From a virus, in IMG/VR virus record IMGVR_UViG_3300029258_004576: 42,212 nt of DNA. One strand, given 5' to 3'. This document shows, piece after piece, positions 26,009 through 35,160 of the stretch. The notes beneath the pieces were generated by a model that saw nothing but the letters and a program-made list of their open reading frames with translations, was not told the origin of the DNA and did no database searches. The position numbers and the translations under genes are program-made. Position 1 is the stretch's first letter; the number at the start of each line of letters is the position of its first letter.

Positions 26009-27295
26009 CTAGAACAACGTGTCGTCGTCGTCCTCTCCATCCTCTGACTCAGGAACATAATCATAATCACCATCCTGGAAATCCCCCGTCGTATCTATGT
26101 CATCTTGCGAAAAATCCATAGTACCAAAATCCCATTTAGAGAAAAAATCATGTCCCTCCCCCTCCCGTAATTTCAAAGGACGAAAACCCATGATTTTATC
26201 TTCCTTCATATCTTCTGTTTGAAATAACGCAAACATCACAGAGCAATTCCACCCGATGACATCCGTAATCCCAACATTCGCAGCATCCACAGATGTCCTG
26301 CTATTACTAGCCACATCCCGGTTGAACTGAGTGCTGGCAATCACTGGTATATCGTGACGCTTGGCCAATCTCGTCAAATCATCCGCCGTGTTAGACACCC
26401 TCTCGTGACGACTTTTGCCCAAATTCTTTACGAGGTAAAGACCATCAACAAACAATATATCTGGCCGAACTTGTTCAACAGCCAACTCAATTTCTTTTAT
26501 CTCCGCATTAAAATCATCCCCAACAACATCGATTCCATCTTCCTTTGAAAGATTCTCAATAGACTCTCGCATCTTGCTTTCTTGAAGCGTGCCCAGCTGC
26601 CCCTTACGAAATTCGTTGTACGGCAACTTCAAATGCAACGCATAAAAACGAAAAGCCAGCTTCATACGTGTCATCTCTGTACCGACGAACAAGACCTTCT
26701 TCCCCTCTAGCCACGCCGTCAACGCCAGCATCAACATCGCAAAAGTTTTGCCTACAGACATCCTCGCAACAAAAACAACAAAATCTCCACCCCACCATCC
26801 CTGTGTCATATCCGACATCGCTTGCCATGGTGACGATATACCCCTCTCACCATTTTTTATTCGATCATAATACTCTACAACCTCATCACCCAGTGACAAC
26901 AGGTTTCCAATCTTGCCACCCGCGATACCCTCTGAATAAGCAAGCTGGACCGCTTTCTGCAAAACGTCCAATGCTTTCTTTGGACAGTTGTCCCCCAGAA
27001 ATTCACTACTGCTCTCATGTGCTGCTTTCAGCTTATTCCATAACACCCGATCCTTGAGATCGTTAATAAGAATTGCCGTATCTTCGGGGGGATCATCCAG
27101 CTCAATACCGGTCTTAGCCGAAAAAAATTCTTCAGACGGAACCTTGCCATATTGGAGTACATGATCCTCGATGAATTCCCATCCCCCAATGGCAACCCCC
27201 TCCAACATCGTCGTAATGATACCATCCCGTTTGGCTAGAAAGTAATCCCCCTCATTACGAACAACGGCACTCAACAAACTCAAATCCAAGTCCAT
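26009..27295 (-). CDS. DnaB-like replicative helicase
   Basis: ARMSVGKT, EM, FVDGLY, STQFNR, KLREG. Confidence 0.92.
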   Translation of the reverse strand: MDLDLSLLSAVVRNEGDYFLAKRDGIITTMLEGVAIGGWEFIEDHVLQYGKVPSEEFFSAKTGIELDDPPEDTAILINDLKDRVLWNKLKAAHESSSEFLGDNCPKKALDVLQKAVQLAYSEGIAGGKIGNLLSLGDEVVEYYDRIKNGERGISSPWQAMSDMTQGWWGGDFVVFVARMSVGKTFAMLMLALTAWLEGKKVLFVGTEMTRMKLAFRFYALHLKLPYNEFRKGQLGTLQESKMRESIENLSKEDGIDVVGDDFNAEIKEIELAVEQVRPDILFVDGLYLVKNLGKSRHERVSNTADDLTRLAKRHDIPVIASTQFNRDVASNSRTSVDAANVGITDVIGWNCSVMFALFQTEDMKEDKIMGFRPLKLREGEGHDFFSKWDFGTMDFSQDDIDTTGDFQDGDYDYVPESEDGEDDDDTLF

Positions 27296-27318
27296 TTTTA
27301 CGCCTCAGATATTCTATT

Positions 27319-27630
27319 TTATTTGCCGCCGTGTACTATTCGCAACAGAGGCTGGAAGGGAATCGGATCAACCATATCTCGCAAATCCCGTTCCATATCC
27401 TCTAGTGGTAGCTCGCTCAGCTCATCGCCATACTCGAAAGGTTCCCCCTTCTCCAGTGCATTCACTGCACACTTCAAATGCACAATATGAAGAAGACCCC
27501 AATCGTGAACATCTTCCCAGTAAGCAGGATCCGTACCATCATGATCCTTCCGGGACACCACTTCTAAAATCATCCGTACTGCAACATCTTTTTGAGTAAA
27601 TTTCTTTTGACAAATATGACATTTGATCAC
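27319..27630 (-). CDS. Small zinc-binding protein
   Basis: CHIC...HLKC. Confidence 0.65.
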   Translation of the reverse strand: MIKCHICQKKFTQKDVAVRMILEVVSRKDHDGTDPAYWEDVHDWGLLHIVHLKCAVNALEKGEPFEYGDELSELPLEDMERDLRDMVDPIPFQPLLRIVHGGK

Positions 27631-27666
27631 CTAAACTTCTCCCGTTGTGTAATCTTCTGTTGCCAA

Positions 27667-28323
27667 TTAAAAAAACTGAACCAAATCATCTTTTCCCGTG
27701 TCCCTGTGGGACAGGCCAAGCATCTGCACCAGGGGACTCGTTTCTCGAATCACTTCATAAAACGAACAACCATAAGCCTCAGTAAGCTGTTTTGGACTCA
27801 AATTTGATGTAATTATCGTTGATCTCAAATTTGAAGATCTCTCTCTAAGTAAATCCTCCAGCATCCCTTCAATAGTATGCTTGGGCACCGTCGAATTACG
27901 AAATTCCTTTCCAAGATCATCTAACACTAGCATATTTACTGACCTAGCCCGTTGATCCATTGTAAAGCTCTCATCAAATCGCGACTTTTCCATACTATCT
28001 CGTATGTATTGACTCACCGTTATGAATAAACCAGTTTTTCCCCTTCTTCTAGCCTCTTTCAAAATATACGCAGCAGCAGCTGTTTTACCCACACCATTAG
28101 CCCCCCACAACACCATACCATACCCCTTGAGCATCGCTTTTCCTATTTTGCGCACATAGGTTTCTATCATTTTTCTACATTCACCTTCATTCGTGATCCG
28201 ATCAAACATTACATTCCAAAACCTAGACGGCAAATGCATTCTTTCCAGTGAGCCTTGTGTAAGCCTTCTCCGCTCACCATCAGAATATGACCTCTTTTTG
28301 TTTTGCACTGTTCTTTTCATCAT
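27667..28323 (-). CDS. DnaC/IstB-like AAA+ helicase loader
   Basis: GANGVGKT, LVLDDLGKE, TIITSN. Confidence 0.9.
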   Translation of the reverse strand: MMKRTVQNKKRSYSDGERRRLTQGSLERMHLPSRFWNVMFDRITNEGECRKMIETYVRKIGKAMLKGYGMVLWGANGVGKTAAAAYILKEARRRGKTGLFITVSQYIRDSMEKSRFDESFTMDQRARSVNMLVLDDLGKEFRNSTVPKHTIEGMLEDLLRERSSNLRSTIITSNLSPKQLTEAYGCSFYEVIRETSPLVQMLGLSHRDTGKDDLVQFF

Positions 28324-29527
28324 ATTCCCTCTCTGACAGGGCTTTCTCCTTCGGTGTCATTGGCTGCTTGTTACCCAGCTCAAATTCTGAGAACCATGTC
28401 TCAGAATAACCCGAAATAACCCTAAGATTAGGATACCCGGTTATTCCGTATCGCTCAACATATTCATCCCAGTTTTGAATGATACCCGTTAAAGTATCGA
28501 TGGTACACTCAGCACCATATAGCCTGATAAACCTTTTTGCAATACCTTTGTTCGCCAATGTCCATGGAGCAGTCAGGGAAATATTATTTGGCCATATTTT
28601 CCGAACCTCGATCATCCAAGCAGTCTCTACATCCCTTACATTTAAAGGTTTTTCCATTTTCTTTTTCTGTTTATATCTTCGAACCGACTCCTGAAACTCA
28701 GCATCGGATTGTCTTTTTATCCGCGATTCCACACGTTTTTTTGCAGCTTTTTTCGAACTCCTCAAATTATCATTAACAGCACCCATTAACCGCTCAAATT
28801 TTTCCTCAGAATCCTCATCCTCAGAATCCTCATCCTCGAAATCCTCATCCTCGAAATCCTCATCCTCGAACTCTTCTTCTGAATCTTTCCTGAACGTCTT
28901 CTGACACATCCCCCTAACCTCCCCAAGAACTTCCCCTGTGACCACCTCTGTAGCCATCTCTGTAGCCATCCTTTTGACCTTGTCTGTATCCACCATGGTT
29001 ACGTCAGCACCCATTTCCGTAGCCACATTTACAATTGTCTCGGTAGTCAATCGACCCCCCACATATTCAGCCACACCTGAAACCTTTTCTCTTACCCGAA
29101 CCTCCCTGTCCTGTAACAACGTCTTCATCCGGTTAGACTCTCCAACATTACACAATGACCCAAACGCCTCATCTTTCAAAAAACCACGTTGATCATCATA
29201 CACAAGACCCAACGCTCGTAAGACATACACAGTCGAACGGCCTTGCCGTTTCTGTCTAGTAAGCAATCCAACCGATTCCAGTTTTAACAAATGACTAAAA
29301 ACTGATCGTCTCTCTAAACCCAACCCTTCAGATAACCGTTCAACACTCGGGTAACACTTCCCCTCAGCATCACAAAACCTACACAATAAACACCACAATA
29401 TTTTATCAACAAAATCCAACCGTTCATCGAGCAATATTGGCAATGGAAATTTTATAAAACCAAGACTTTCAGCTTCGCTATAATTCAAAAAAGATTCATC
29501 TTTTTTTGTATCATGATCAATTGCCAT
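28280..29527 (-). CDS. Replication initiator-like protein with N-terminal HTH_36 domain
   Basis: P..ILLD.RL...K.LW..L...CYPSVERL...GL..RSV...L..LE..GL; lies directly upstream of the DnaC-like gene. Confidence 0.78.
   Translation of the reverse strand: MAIDHDTKKDESFLNYSEAESLGFIKFPLPILLDERLDFVDKILWCLLCRFCDAEGKCYPSVERLSEGLGLERRSVFSHLLKLESVGLLTRQKRQGRSTVYVLRALGLVYDDQRGFLKDEAFGSLCNVGESNRMKTLLQDREVRVREKVSGVAEYVGGRLTTETIVNVATEMGADVTMVDTDKVKRMATEMATEVVTGEVLGEVRGMCQKTFRKDSEEEFEDEDFEDEDFEDEDSEDEDSEEKFERLMGAVNDNLRSSKKAAKKRVESRIKRQSDAEFQESVRRYKQKKKMEKPLNVRDVETAWMIEVRKIWPNNISLTAPWTLANKGIAKRFIRLYGAECTIDTLTGIIQNWDEYVERYGITGYPNLRVISGYSETWFSEFELGNKQPMTPKEKALSEREYDEKNSAKQKEVIF
28803..28870. repeat. 15-bp tandem repeat x4.5 inside the initiator gene (EDED(F/S))
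   Basis: tcctcagaatcctca x2, tcctcgaaatcctca x2, and a partial copy. Confidence 0.9.
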
Positions 29528-29611
29528 TTTACTTTCTCCCTAGATTGCCATCACCCAATAAAAAATGAACAAAACGTTCACACGTTCAATGTATCCATGC
29601 GACCAAGATAA

Positions 29612-29962
29612 TCATGTTCGCAACTTGTATATAGTACTTCTGCGAAACCGTTGTTTTCTAACAACCAAACCAGCTTGCACCAGTTGTCCTAAGCTCTTAA
29701 AAACTGTTCTTCTGCCTATACCCATTTCCTCAGACAGCATCTCAACAGTAGGTGTACACTCTGACTTTCTAATACAAAATTTACTCAACACACACCACAG
29801 CAACCTAGCATTAACACTCAATCGTTTATTTGCGAGTATCGACAACGGAAAAACCACAAAATCAAGTCTTGTATTTTCACTATCTTCCAATGAACGCAAA
29901 TGACTTTTTATCCCAAAATGATTACTTCTCATGACATCATCCAAATCCCTAAAAATGATCAA
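29612..29962 (-). CDS. Stand-alone HTH_36 protein (initiator paralog)
   Basis: FPLSILANKRLS..ARLLWCVL..FC....CTPTVE.LS..MGIGRRTV...L..L...GLV. Confidence 0.8.
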   Translation of the reverse strand: MIIFRDLDDVMRSNHFGIKSHLRSLEDSENTRLDFVVFPLSILANKRLSVNARLLWCVLSKFCIRKSECTPTVEMLSEEMGIGRRTVFKSLGQLVQAGLVVRKQRFRRSTIYKLRT

Positions 29963-29963
29963 A

Positions 29964-30542
29964 TTACTCCAAAGGCTCCGGCATCAACGACCAATCCGGC
30001 TCCCCTGGCCCCTCCTCACTCTCCGAAAACTTCCTCCACTGCATCAACCGATCCATTCTATGCGTATACCCCGCATCACGAAAAAACTTAACTGTATGAT
30101 CTTTCAAAACACCATCTTCATCAGCATACGCTCTAGCTACAGGCATTATCATAAAATGACAAATCTCCCCGGCTGCATTTTTGGCTATTCTAACCAGCCC
30201 GACTTTTAACAATTGACCAAATAAATCACTATACTCTGAATCAGGTATACCAAAAGCTCTCACCATCTTTTGATATTCAGGACGAAGCACTCTGTGCTCA
30301 CCAACATAACAAATCAAAGCACACATCAACAACTTGCATTTAGGACTCAAACGGTCGTCAAGAAATATTGGCAAAGCCATCTCCACCTCACCAAGACCTC
30401 CGATCTCGCCCCCCATGGAAAAGCCAATCCGTTCCTCTTTGTCTCTTGATTTATTGTTCTTAGTCTTACTGTTCTTAGTCTTACTATTTTTATTTTTCTT
30501 ACTCAAAGATCCTGCATCATTCCTCTTACCCATCCGATTCAT
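29964..30542 (-). CDS. Divergent HTH initiator paralog
   Basis: LPIFLDDRLS.KCKLL.C.L and YADEDGVLKD, similar to YDDQRGFLKD of 28280-29527. Confidence 0.65.
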   Translation of the reverse strand: MNRMGKRNDAGSLSKKNKNSKTKNSKTKNNKSRDKEERIGFSMGGEIGGLGEVEMALPIFLDDRLSPKCKLLMCALICYVGEHRVLRPEYQKMVRAFGIPDSEYSDLFGQLLKVGLVRIAKNAAGEICHFMIMPVARAYADEDGVLKDHTVKFFRDAGYTHRMDRLMQWRKFSESEEGPGEPDWSLMPEPLE

Positions 30543-30604
30543 CCTTTTTCTGTTTCCACATTTTTTTTGTAGAAAGATCCGCTACCACAATTTTTTAAAA
30601 AAGA

Positions 30605-31567
30605 TCAACCCTGCTTACCCAAAAAATTTCTAATCCTCGATCCCAATGTTGCTCTTGCCAAAAATCTATCTGCCCTGTTTCTCTTTATGTCCGTCAAATG
30701 CCTTGTAACAGCCCTCCAGTAACGTTCAGACCAAGAAGTAGTACCTGTGTGATGGTGAGCAAAATACGCTTCGTCCGCTGTTAACTTTCTCACTTTATGC
30801 TTCCACCTCGAATGCAACCAATGTTCGTGCCCCTTGCTTTTCCGGTGATACCCGTTGCCATGTTTACAAACATTTTTGTACAAAACCATATCCTCAGCAA
30901 GCATCTGCACACTCACCTCATAATCAAACATGTCGTCAAGCCCAACCTTCTTAATCACCCGACCAGACGGTAACCTAACCATACGTCGCCTCACAGATAC
31001 CCCTGGCCACCTGTATTGCGCTACACCAATATCCCACCCTCGAATACCAAGATACTCTGGATACTTCTTTCGCATTACACCATCGACACAATCAACACCC
31101 TCTCTCTGCCCTCTTTTTTCACACACCTTTTTCGCTTCACCAAAATTCTTTCTCCACAATCTCACATATTTTATCAACTCTGGTTTGTTTGGTTCACGTC
31201 CAAGTTTCTTTGACAACTTACGTGTCTCCTGCCTACCAATCACACACTCATCATACGACGACTCCCTGTACAGAATAGCAACCATATGATCTATGTTAAC
31301 GCGCTTACCCGTCCGCTCATAAACTAAATCGGCAGAACTCTTAATAGCCCTCGCATACTCCCCCGCCCTCTGTATCGCCTTTTCTTTTCGAAGACGCTTT
31401 CGACACTCATGCCAAACAATATATTTTTTCCTCGGACCCTGACTAGTGTGCAACTCCAAAATCGTCTCTTTTATTGCCTGCTCTCCACTGTCCACCTCTG
31501 CCAAAATCGAACCACTAATAAAAATTAAAACACCCACTGCTGTCATAAAAAAACACTTCACCATCAT
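30605..31567 (-). CDS. Secreted/anchored lytic transglycosylase-like protein
   Basis: N-terminal hydrophobic signal, AILYRESS catalytic Glu motif, DIGVAQ. Confidence 0.6.
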   Translation of the reverse strand: MMVKCFFMTAVGVLIFISGSILAEVDSGEQAIKETILELHTSQGPRKKYIVWHECRKRLRKEKAIQRAGEYARAIKSSADLVYERTGKRVNIDHMVAILYRESSYDECVIGRQETRKLSKKLGREPNKPELIKYVRLWRKNFGEAKKVCEKRGQREGVDCVDGVMRKKYPEYLGIRGWDIGVAQYRWPGVSVRRRMVRLPSGRVIKKVGLDDMFDYEVSVQMLAEDMVLYKNVCKHGNGYHRKSKGHEHWLHSRWKHKVRKLTADEAYFAHHHTGTTSWSERYWRAVTRHLTDIKRNRADRFLARATLGSRIRNFLGKQG

Positions 31568-31580
31568 ACCTCTCCTTTTT

Positions 31581-31919
31581 CTACTTTGTACTTGCCCTGG
31601 ACCGTCTGCTCTCTGTCTTCTTCACTGCTAAAAGTTGCAATTCTTCTATCTGCCTCGCTCGTGACTTAGCTGATAAAAAACACTGCTGACAATAATAAAC
31701 AGAAAACTTTTTCCCTCCTTTTTTTCCCGGTTCAAAATACAAAGACACTCTCTCCATTAATTTTATCGGTCTTTCTTTTTTACACTTTCCAGCACACTTC
31801 ACCATCGTCTCATTTATCGATCTAACACAATCCGGACACAACGTCCTCCGATCCTCGCCCCATGGAGTCAAATCCAATTTACACAACTTGCATACCTTTT
31901 TCGCTCGTGGCTTATACAT
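31581..31919 (-). CDS. Multi-CxxC zinc-finger protein
   Basis: CKLC, CPDC, CAGKC, CQQC. Confidence 0.7.
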   Translation of the reverse strand: MYKPRAKKVCKLCKLDLTPWGEDRRTLCPDCVRSINETMVKCAGKCKKERPIKLMERVSLYFEPGKKGGKKFSVYYCQQCFLSAKSRARQIEELQLLAVKKTESRRSRASTK

Positions 31920-31924
31920 ATCTA

Positions 31925-32128
31925 CTAATCGACAAGTAACTTCCGATCACCCTTTCTCCGTTCCTCAACTTGCCGTTCAACAACCACCTCGCAACACACC
32001 CTGCAAAGATGTTCCTTCTTCCCAGCCTCTGTTAAATGACCTTTGGGCACCTTGTTCACAATGCCACATTTTATACACACTACATTTTCTGTTTCAAGAT
32101 TTTGGCTCACACCACACCTCCTTCCCAC
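31925..32128 (-). CDS. Small zinc-ribbon protein
   Basis: CIKC...CRVC. Confidence 0.55.
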   Translation of the reverse strand: MGRRCGVSQNLETENVVCIKCGIVNKVPKGHLTEAGKKEHLCRVCCEVVVERQVEERRKGDRKLLVD

Positions 32129-32352
32129 GAATCAGCCAGTACAGATATGGGCTTATTTTTCCTATCCCTCATCTCCTTGGCCTTAAGTAAATCCTTGTCT
32201 CGTACATACAACGGCACAGAAGTTGATCCATCAAAAAAAACAATAAAACCATCATCGGGAATTACCCCATGAACAAAGCCGTCCGGATGTATCGCTTTAG
32301 ACTCTTCATCCAACATCTTTACCCTTCTCAATCTTACTTTTAGTTGACTCAT
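32107..32352 (-). CDS. Hypothetical protein
   Basis: GGAGG RBS; operonic. Confidence 0.65.
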   Translation of the reverse strand: MSQLKVRLRRVKMLDEESKAIHPDGFVHGVIPDDGFIVFFDGSTSVPLYVRDKDLLKAKEMRDRKNKPISVLADSWEGGVV

Positions 32353-32677
32353 CGTGAACCTCCTCTGACTTCGACGTATACTCTATTACGCTCTTAATCG
32401 CCGCTGCTCCCCTGCTTAATTCAGCAACAATGTTTTTCAAAAACTTCAACTCTTTTACTACTTTTTTATTTTTCTCATGCTCTAACTCATATGCCGCTCG
32501 ACGATTATCGACAACCTTTCGCACAGCAGCAGCTATCGTCAACCAATCGTAAGTACAATCTCTACACGTAGACGAATAACCAAAATAAGGACACGGCTTC
32601 TTCGTCAACACAGTACGTAACGGACAAGCACCAAAGAGAACATCTCTGACTTTATTTTTTGTCTCAGCATCAGACAT
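32306..32677 (-). CDS. Cys-rich coiled-coil hypothetical protein
   Basis: CP...CPY...CRDC then a coiled coil; GGAGG RBS. Confidence 0.65.
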   Translation of the reverse strand: MSDAETKNKVRDVLFGACPLRTVLTKKPCPYFGYSSTCRDCTYDWLTIAAAVRKVVDNRRAAYELEHEKNKKVVKELKFLKNIVAELSRGAAAIKSVIEYTSKSEEVHDESTKSKIEKGKDVG

Positions 32678-32695
32678 TCAATCCCTCCAATCCGA

Positions 32696-33292
32696 TCAAC
32701 AAACCATGTAAAATTTCGACATAATAAATCGCAACTTTGTGACACACACACCCGCGCTCATCACCCCCTTCATGGATGATATTAATTGCGAGAATTCATC
32801 GTCTGTAAACTCCTCCAACATGTCAAAATCTGCCAAACTCATCACCCTGTGCCTATCTATTTCTAACCCGGCAACAGACTTGTCAACTCCAAACTCTATC
32901 AACTCTGCATGTTCACCAAAGAGAAACCAGTTATCACCTCTTATCAAAACCGACGAAAACTCTTTCGGCACAATACCCATGTCATACATGTCGTCACGTA
33001 TAACATGACGAAACCATAGGCGAACCGAATCGCCATCCTGCTCTATTTCAAACCTCATCCCTTCACAGGTGTCAACTCCCAACGACATCAATGACTTGAA
33101 CGATTCCGGTTCCATCGCACTGGTAACCTTCATCTCGAACAATAAAAAACCATCTTTTTCTACAGCCGCTAATCTTTGTGCACCCTCTAACCATCCGTCG
33201 CCATTAATCACTTTCGGACGTCCCTTTATCGTCATCCTTCTTTTGTTGTTCACTCGCAACAATTCCCTCCAAAACCATCCTAGCTCCTGCAT
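32696..33292 (-). CDS. Hypothetical protein
   Basis: 198-aa ORF; true start probably MTIKG. Confidence 0.6.
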   Translation of the reverse strand: MQELGWFWRELLRVNNKRRMTIKGRPKVINGDGWLEGAQRLAAVEKDGFLLFEMKVTSAMEPESFKSLMSLGVDTCEGMRFEIEQDGDSVRLWFRHVIRDDMYDMGIVPKEFSSVLIRGDNWFLFGEHAELIEFGVDKSVAGLEIDRHRVMSLADFDMLEEFTDDEFSQLISSMKGVMSAGVCVTKLRFIMSKFYMVC

Positions 33293-34283
33293 ATATTTGA
33301 GAAGGAGTCTCTGGACTGTTTTCTAAAGCCATTGTCTTACTTTGTTTTAAATCTTTCATGACAAAGCTGTGCCAATTGAAAATCAACGTCGTGGCAATCC
33401 CCCAAACTGCCTCTTTAGCTTCTTCACCCAACACGCTCGAACAAGATCTAAACCAGGCAATAAAACCATGAAACCAATCAGCGTCAACCGCTCTATCCTC
33501 TGCACCCTTTTCTATCAACCAGTCTTTCACAACCACCGTTCTGTCACTCTTGTCGTCTGCACTTCTGCAACCAGTACACGGCTCAGCGTTAATCGCATGA
33601 TTAAATGAATGCAATCTCCTACCAGTATTCAACCGATTCATCCTGACGACAGGATCAGACAAACACTGAGAAAGCCTGTCCTCTCCCAATATGCATTCCG
33701 GTTTACCATCGTCACCAACCTCAAAGAAAGGACAAACCTGATCTGCTGCTTGGTCGTCAGAACCAGGGTTGAACGCTATGGATTGAACATGCTTGCACTG
33801 CTCTTTCGTCTTCAGTAATTCATGTAAATTCACTCTAAAAACCGAACAAAAAGGCGTCAACGTTTTCTTATCCAAGTAAACAGACAACGGTGCGCTCGTG
33901 CTCTCACTCGGATACAAATCCATAGTCGTCTCTATCCCAAATTTCTTCCTCGCCCGCTCATTATGAAAAATCCTGAAAACATCTGACGGCTCAACAAAAA
34001 TCGCTCGATTCTTGCAACACTCTCCCACACCGTCACACCTGGCAAACGTTGCTTCATTATCGATTGATACAATGTCATCATCCTGCCTTTGATCCAAAAC
34101 TTGATCTGCAACCTGCCCTGCAACTTTCTCCTTATCTATATCCACCATAGCCTGACGTCTACTACCCCTCATATAATCCCTGACAGACGCCTTGGCTTTT
34201 TTGTACAACATCTTTCGAGCGGCTTCTCGCACTCCCTTTTTCTGCTTACGCTTTTGCCTGTTTCGACCTTTACCTTTTTTCAC
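33204..34283 (-). CDS. YkgJ-family (CxxCxxCC-like) Fe-S/zinc cluster protein
   Basis: CDGVGECC...CPFF...CIL...R..QC...P. Confidence 0.7.
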   Translation of the reverse strand: MKKGKGRNRQKRKQKKGVREAARKMLYKKAKASVRDYMRGSRRQAMVDIDKEKVAGQVADQVLDQRQDDDIVSIDNEATFARCDGVGECCKNRAIFVEPSDVFRIFHNERARKKFGIETTMDLYPSESTSAPLSVYLDKKTLTPFCSVFRVNLHELLKTKEQCKHVQSIAFNPGSDDQAADQVCPFFEVGDDGKPECILGEDRLSQCLSDPVVRMNRLNTGRRLHSFNHAINAEPCTGCRSADDKSDRTVVVKDWLIEKGAEDRAVDADWFHGFIAWFRSCSSVLGEEAKEAVWGIATTLIFNWHSFVMKDLKQSKTMALENSPETPSQIYAGARMVLEGIVASEQQKKDDDKGTSESD

Positions 34284-34597
34284 TTTTTTCTACTCCTCTT
34301 CATCTCTATCCGAATACTCCTCAACTCCTCAGCAATTTTCTTCAATGACTTTGCCTGAGATCTCTGAGCATCCAACATATCCATTTGATATTCATAGACA
34401 CCAACCTGTCCACATTTTGCCCGACACGAATCTTCTTTGTAGGGAGCCAAATCTTCCAACTCACCAGCATACACACTGGAATCCAGGATAAAAAGGATCA
34501 ACAAAATTACCAGCACCACTGCTGCCAAGATAAAACCAGGCAAACTCGACTCTGTGAGATTTCTGTTTTTTTGTTTCAATTTATCTGACCATTCCAT
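34280..34597 (-). CDS. Single-pass membrane protein
   Basis: FILAAVVLVILLILFIL TM segment; GGAGG RBS. Confidence 0.7.
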   Translation of the reverse strand: MEWSDKLKQKNRNLTESSLPGFILAAVVLVILLILFILDSSVYAGELEDLAPYKEDSCRAKCGQVGVYEYQMDMLDAQRSQAKSLKKIAEELRSIRIEMKRSRKK

Positions 34598-34600
34598 GAC

Positions 34601-35080
34601 TTACCTCCCGTCACACAATACCCCTATTGCGTAACCACTTGTTCGTACCAGCAACCCTGCTCCCCCGTCCTCTACCACCCTGTCAAAAACACGCATCAAC
34701 GCCCGCTCGTGCACCACAGCCAAACAATATTGTTCGCAAAAATCATCAGACAGCTGTGAATACAGATCCGACAATAATTCTAAACGATATTTCCACCCAT
34801 ATCCTCGGCACGAATGCTGGGAATGCATTAAAATGTCCAACAAATGCACCCTACCCTCGTTCTGAACGCTCCCAAGTAAAATCGTATCCGACACCCCCGG
34901 ATGCAATTTACGCTTATCCTCGGGCACCTCAGCTGCTACCCCGTTGAGATGCTCAACATCAACACAAGTAGTATGCAAAGTCACTGTCACCAACTCACCA
35001 TATACCTCTTGAGCGATACACCCTCTACGCTCGAAGCCAGGTAGCTGACCTCGCACAATCCTATCCAGCGACTCAAGCAT
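34601..35080 (-). CDS. Degenerate ATP-dependent ligase/nucleotidyltransferase-like domain
   Basis: Motif order IAQEVYG / TILLGS / HLLDIL / RLELL / AGLLVR parallels EKxDG / LDGE / FD / R..LL / EGxxxK. Confidence 0.5.
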   Translation of the reverse strand: MLESLDRIVRGQLPGFERRGCIAQEVYGELVTVTLHTTCVDVEHLNGVAAEVPEDKRKLHPGVSDTILLGSVQNEGRVHLLDILMHSQHSCRGYGWKYRLELLSDLYSQLSDDFCEQYCLAVVHERALMRVFDRVVEDGGAGLLVRTSGYAIGVLCDGR

Positions 35081-35094
35081 GGTGAAAATACCTA

Positions 35095-35146
35095 GAAAAA
35101 AGAAGCTGGTCTCGATCAAAACCTGGACAGTCCTGATCGAGACCTG
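35095..35146 (-). terminator. Rho-independent terminator after the DUF932-like gene
   Basis: GGTCTCGATCA...TGATCGAGACC 11-bp stem followed by AGCTTCTTTTTT. Confidence 0.75.
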
Positions 35147-35160
35147 CGAGGGGGTTACTG

